The notes beneath the pieces are model-generated. The model had not been told where the DNA came from. It did no database searches and saw nothing but the letters and a program-made list of their open reading frames with translations. A stretch of DNA of 63,518 bases, filler included, from Octopus bimaculoides (taxonomy: Eukaryota): the NCBI RefSeq assembly GCF_001194135.2. It is 7 parts of 7 records of this genome, joined end to end, with 100 filler letters (N's around TTAATTAATTAA, not from the genome) between each part and the next. Parts side by side here need not be neighbours in the genome. Positions count along the whole stretch, not along the records: positions 60,173 to 63,518 come from NC_068990.1; 6 more parts are not named here. The stretch is one strand, 5' to 3'. This document shows positions 60,212 to 63,518 of this stretch, piece after piece. Within the stretch, counting starts at the first letter, position 1, and the number at the start of each line of letters is the position of its first letter. A program made the position numbers and the translations under genes.

Positions 60212-62046
60212 ATATAGATAGATAGATAGATATAGATATATGGTACAGCTCTAGGTTCGCAGAATGCATATTGTAAGAGTGATAAATTCATTCCGATCTG
60301 TGATAATAGAAAGAAAACATGGAGGACAGATACTTGACTGTGATATGGTGATGGCACTGGAATATGCTAATTAATTAATGCAGTAACGATTTCAAGGAAA
60401 TTATCGATGTTCCGTGAAACGCGAAATGATGATCATATAGCTTAATACAGATCCCAGATATTATATACAGAACAACGGTTATTGATAGGCTAGGAATGGC
60501 TTGGAATATCGGAATACATACACACACACATGCACATATATAACATGAAGAGCGAATGAACAGACTTTAATCACAAATCATAACTCTTTCTGATTAACTG
60601 TTCATACCATCTTTATACAAGTTCTACATTCACTAATGAAGTTCCTCATATATATCCAATGGAAAGATTAATCCTGCTGTATGATGGCATATGGTAGCTG
60701 TTAACCGTGTGGGAGATTTGAAATGCAAGTTGTGTGGTTGTTACTGAGATTTACAAGATGTGTGTGTATGCATGTATTATGTTTGTACTGATATTGTATT
60801 TGGAGTATATGATAGACGTTATATAACAAATAATCATTCTTTGTTAATGAAATGCACGTAAGATGCTCTAAGTATAAAATTTTAGATAAGTCTGTGTATA
60901 CATACATATAACTATATATATATACATATACTAGCTGACGTAATTCCAGGGAAAGTGGATGTTATCCCTTGGTTCCATTCTCATAATTGTTTCGCTAATC
61001 CAATAACAACAATACAAAGTACGTAGCCCTTAAAACGGCTTTTTGCATTTACAAAGAATACCGAACTGTCTTACACAGGATCTTGTATTTAAGAATCCCC
61101 AATACGTTATGAATACCCAAATTGTGAAGTCAGTTATGTAATAACATGAAATTAGTTACCCGATATTACGAATTCAAATAAAGAAGCCGCGAAAAGGGTT
61201 TAATGCGTTCCCAGAGTATATAGAACTTAGGAGGGAACACTAATAAGATATGTATACTAAAATTGTTAAGCATGTTACGTAATAATAGGCTAATCAGATA
61301 CGAGATAATAACAATTCAAAGTAAATAACTCTGAAAAGGGCTTTTGTGCGTTCCCAGAGAATATTACCGTCAGCAGTGCTAATGTTGGTATATTCATGAA
61401 TAAGTCACTAACCGAAGTAAGTGGATCTATTGTTTAGGAAAATACTATTTACTTGTTTAAACGTTGTATTGGATAAATTCCGAAAATAACTCTAACAGTT
61501 CAAATACTAAGAAATAAGCATACTCAATTTGATTTATACCAAATGAATTAGGAAAATGAATGGGTTATTTCCATTGGCTGTTAAAATCTGGGCGAATGTT
61601 TTATTTCTCTTGGCTGTTAAAATGAAATATATTAGATATATACCAGGATCTCTTCCAGGGGCCCTATTATCGATTTTTTTCAACAGTCTGAGTATGCCAT
61701 TGTGTTTCCAGACATGCGTTCTACTCACGTGTCAAATTTCATTACAATCGATAAAACGATGTAGAATGAGTTAGCCCACAACTCCACAAACATAGTTTCC
61801 CACATATACAGTATATAATATATATATATATATATATANNNNNNNNNNNNNNNNNNNNNNNNNNNNNNNNNNNNNNNNNNNNNNNNNNNNNNNNNNNNNN
61901 NNNNNNNNNNNNNNNNNNNNNNNNNNNNNNNNNNNNNNNNNNNNNNNNNNNNNNNNNNNNNNNNNNNNNNNNNNNNNNNNNNNNNNNNNNNNNNNNNNNN
62001 NNNNNNNNNNNNNNNNNNNNNNNNNNNNNNNNNNNNNNNNNNNNNN

Positions 62047-62078
<32 letters not shown>

Positions 62079-62248
62079 CACACACATATATTATATATAT
62101 CATACTATATATATTATTTTATATATCTACATGTGCCTCTGTGTGTTTAAGTATATGTATGTATACATGCATACACATACCGGTATATATACCTAGATAG
62201 ATATGAAGGGTATATTCAATGTGTATGCATAAATATCTCTATGTACAC

Positions 62249-62346
62249 GTATGTATGTATGTATGTATGTATGTATGTATGTATGCATGCATGCATGTAT
62301 GTATGTATGTATGTATGTATGTATGTATGTATGTATGCATGCATGC

Positions 62347-62379
<33 letters not shown>

Positions 62380-62403
62380 TGTATGTATGTATGTATGTAT
62401 GTA
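62249..62403. repeat. (TATG/CATG)n microsatellite
   Basis: Directly visible. Confidence 0.9.
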
Positions 62404-62940
62404 GAAGCTAAAAATAATAGGATTATTAACGAAATATAACTTTCTACGCGCTGAGTTAATAGGGAATATCATCACTGAATTGGATCATGGAGGATTTTGC
62501 AATCTCTTTGAATTATCTACATGGATTAAGACAAGTCTATTTCCAATGCAATTCTGTCCTCATATTCCAAGCTATTCCTCTTTTATCAATATCCATTCTG
62601 CTGTCTATTTTATACATTGGATACGTATTAAACTATATGATTGTCACTTCGCATTTCGAGGAACATCGCTAAATTCCTTGAAATCGTTACTGCATTAAGT
62701 AATTAACATATTCTAATCCCATTAGTGCATCACTGTCAAATGCATACACCTCTATACTTTCACTCCTTTATCATTGGATTGGAAGTATATGAATATAGTC
62801 AAAGAAAAGGACATCCATGCCTTTATCATAAAGATGCCGCCATTCATTGCTTGTGTGTTTGTTAGCTTTCATTTTCTTAATAGATACCTATATGATCATT
62901 TATATACAGGCACAAACACACACACACACACACACATTTA

Positions 62941-63015
<75 letters not shown>

Positions 63016-63199
63016 ACATACGTTATATATACACAGATATACCTATATGTATGTATATATATATAATTACAAGCATATATATGCTTGTGTGTATGTGTGT
63101 GTGTCCGTGTGTGTGTAATTATATATTTACATGCACATAATTTCCAATATACTACGAAAATGACATTAATAGCTGTATCTGGCTACCTCTCGACCTTTT

Positions 63200-63460
63200 C
63201 TCTCAACCAGTCTCTCTCGTTTCCTATATACATACATATATTTCATCATGCTCAACCGTTAATCCCTACACATTTTTATTTCTGGGTTTTTTTACGTGTG
63301 TTTTTCGTTCTCATATCTTTTTTTTCTCAGTCCTTTCTGTCAAAGAGCACAGGCTCGAAACGTCAAGGACTTTTCCACTCTTCCCTAGCGTCAAAACTCC
63401 ACCTCCTTGTTGTTCCTTCTCTCGTCTTCGCCTTTTGTGTTCTGTAAATTTGAACTATAC
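63200..63460 (+). repeat. Short PLE-terminus-like repeat with a degenerate hammerhead fold
   Basis: AGTCCTT T CTGTCAAA GAGC ACAG GCTC GAAAC GTC AAGGACT at 63329-63371, followed by TTCCCTAGCGTCAAAAC. Confidence 0.5.
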
Positions 63461-63518
63461 ATGTGTGTGTGTGTATATATATATACATATATACATATAT
63501 AATAGAAATATATATATA

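Noticed and set aside
1075-63447. Most ORFs in the supplied track (YIHT/MYVC/CVCV, poly-K/E/L/S/H/V/F and X-rich)
   Set aside because: Read-throughs of microsatellites, low-complexity tracts or N gaps, with no domain signal.
1-63518. CRISPR arrays, rRNA, prokaryotic operons
   Set aside because: No regularly spaced repeat-spacer units, rRNA-like stretch or gene-dense organisation; the window is eukaryotic repeat DNA.

Overview
Eukaryotic, AT-rich, repeat-saturated window from a fragmented draft assembly. It has roughly 4.5-5 kb of N, including six artificial N44-TTAATTAATTAA-N44 contig linkers, so true contiguity is not guaranteed. The tRNA-derived SINE families and microsatellite density look like coleoid cephalopod (Octopus-like) DNA; this is recognition from memory, not a database result. 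I find no intact host protein-coding gene, tRNA, rRNA or CRISPR, and most listed ORFs are microsatellite or N read-throughs. What can be supported is decayed mobile DNA: two Penelope-like element (PLE) fragments, about nine R4/Dong-type restriction-like-endonuclease LINE fragments (several in TAA repeats), a Tx1/L1-like LINE in GATA repeats, an APE endonuclease fragment, a Gypsy LTR+PBS+gag, mariner/Tc1 fragments, an internally deleted piggyBac with both ends and TTAA, several MITEs, and more than 25 SINE copies of at least four families. The most interesting signal is absent from the ORF track: short hammerhead-ribozyme-like motifs. The best two, 28023-28095 (+) and 39302-39357 (-), keep CUGANGA and GAAA, share an identical GAAACAGCUGUA|AGA palindromic stem III and cleavage junction, and have unrelated but base-paired stems II. 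Many coordinates of decayed elements are approximate (+/-10-30 nt).
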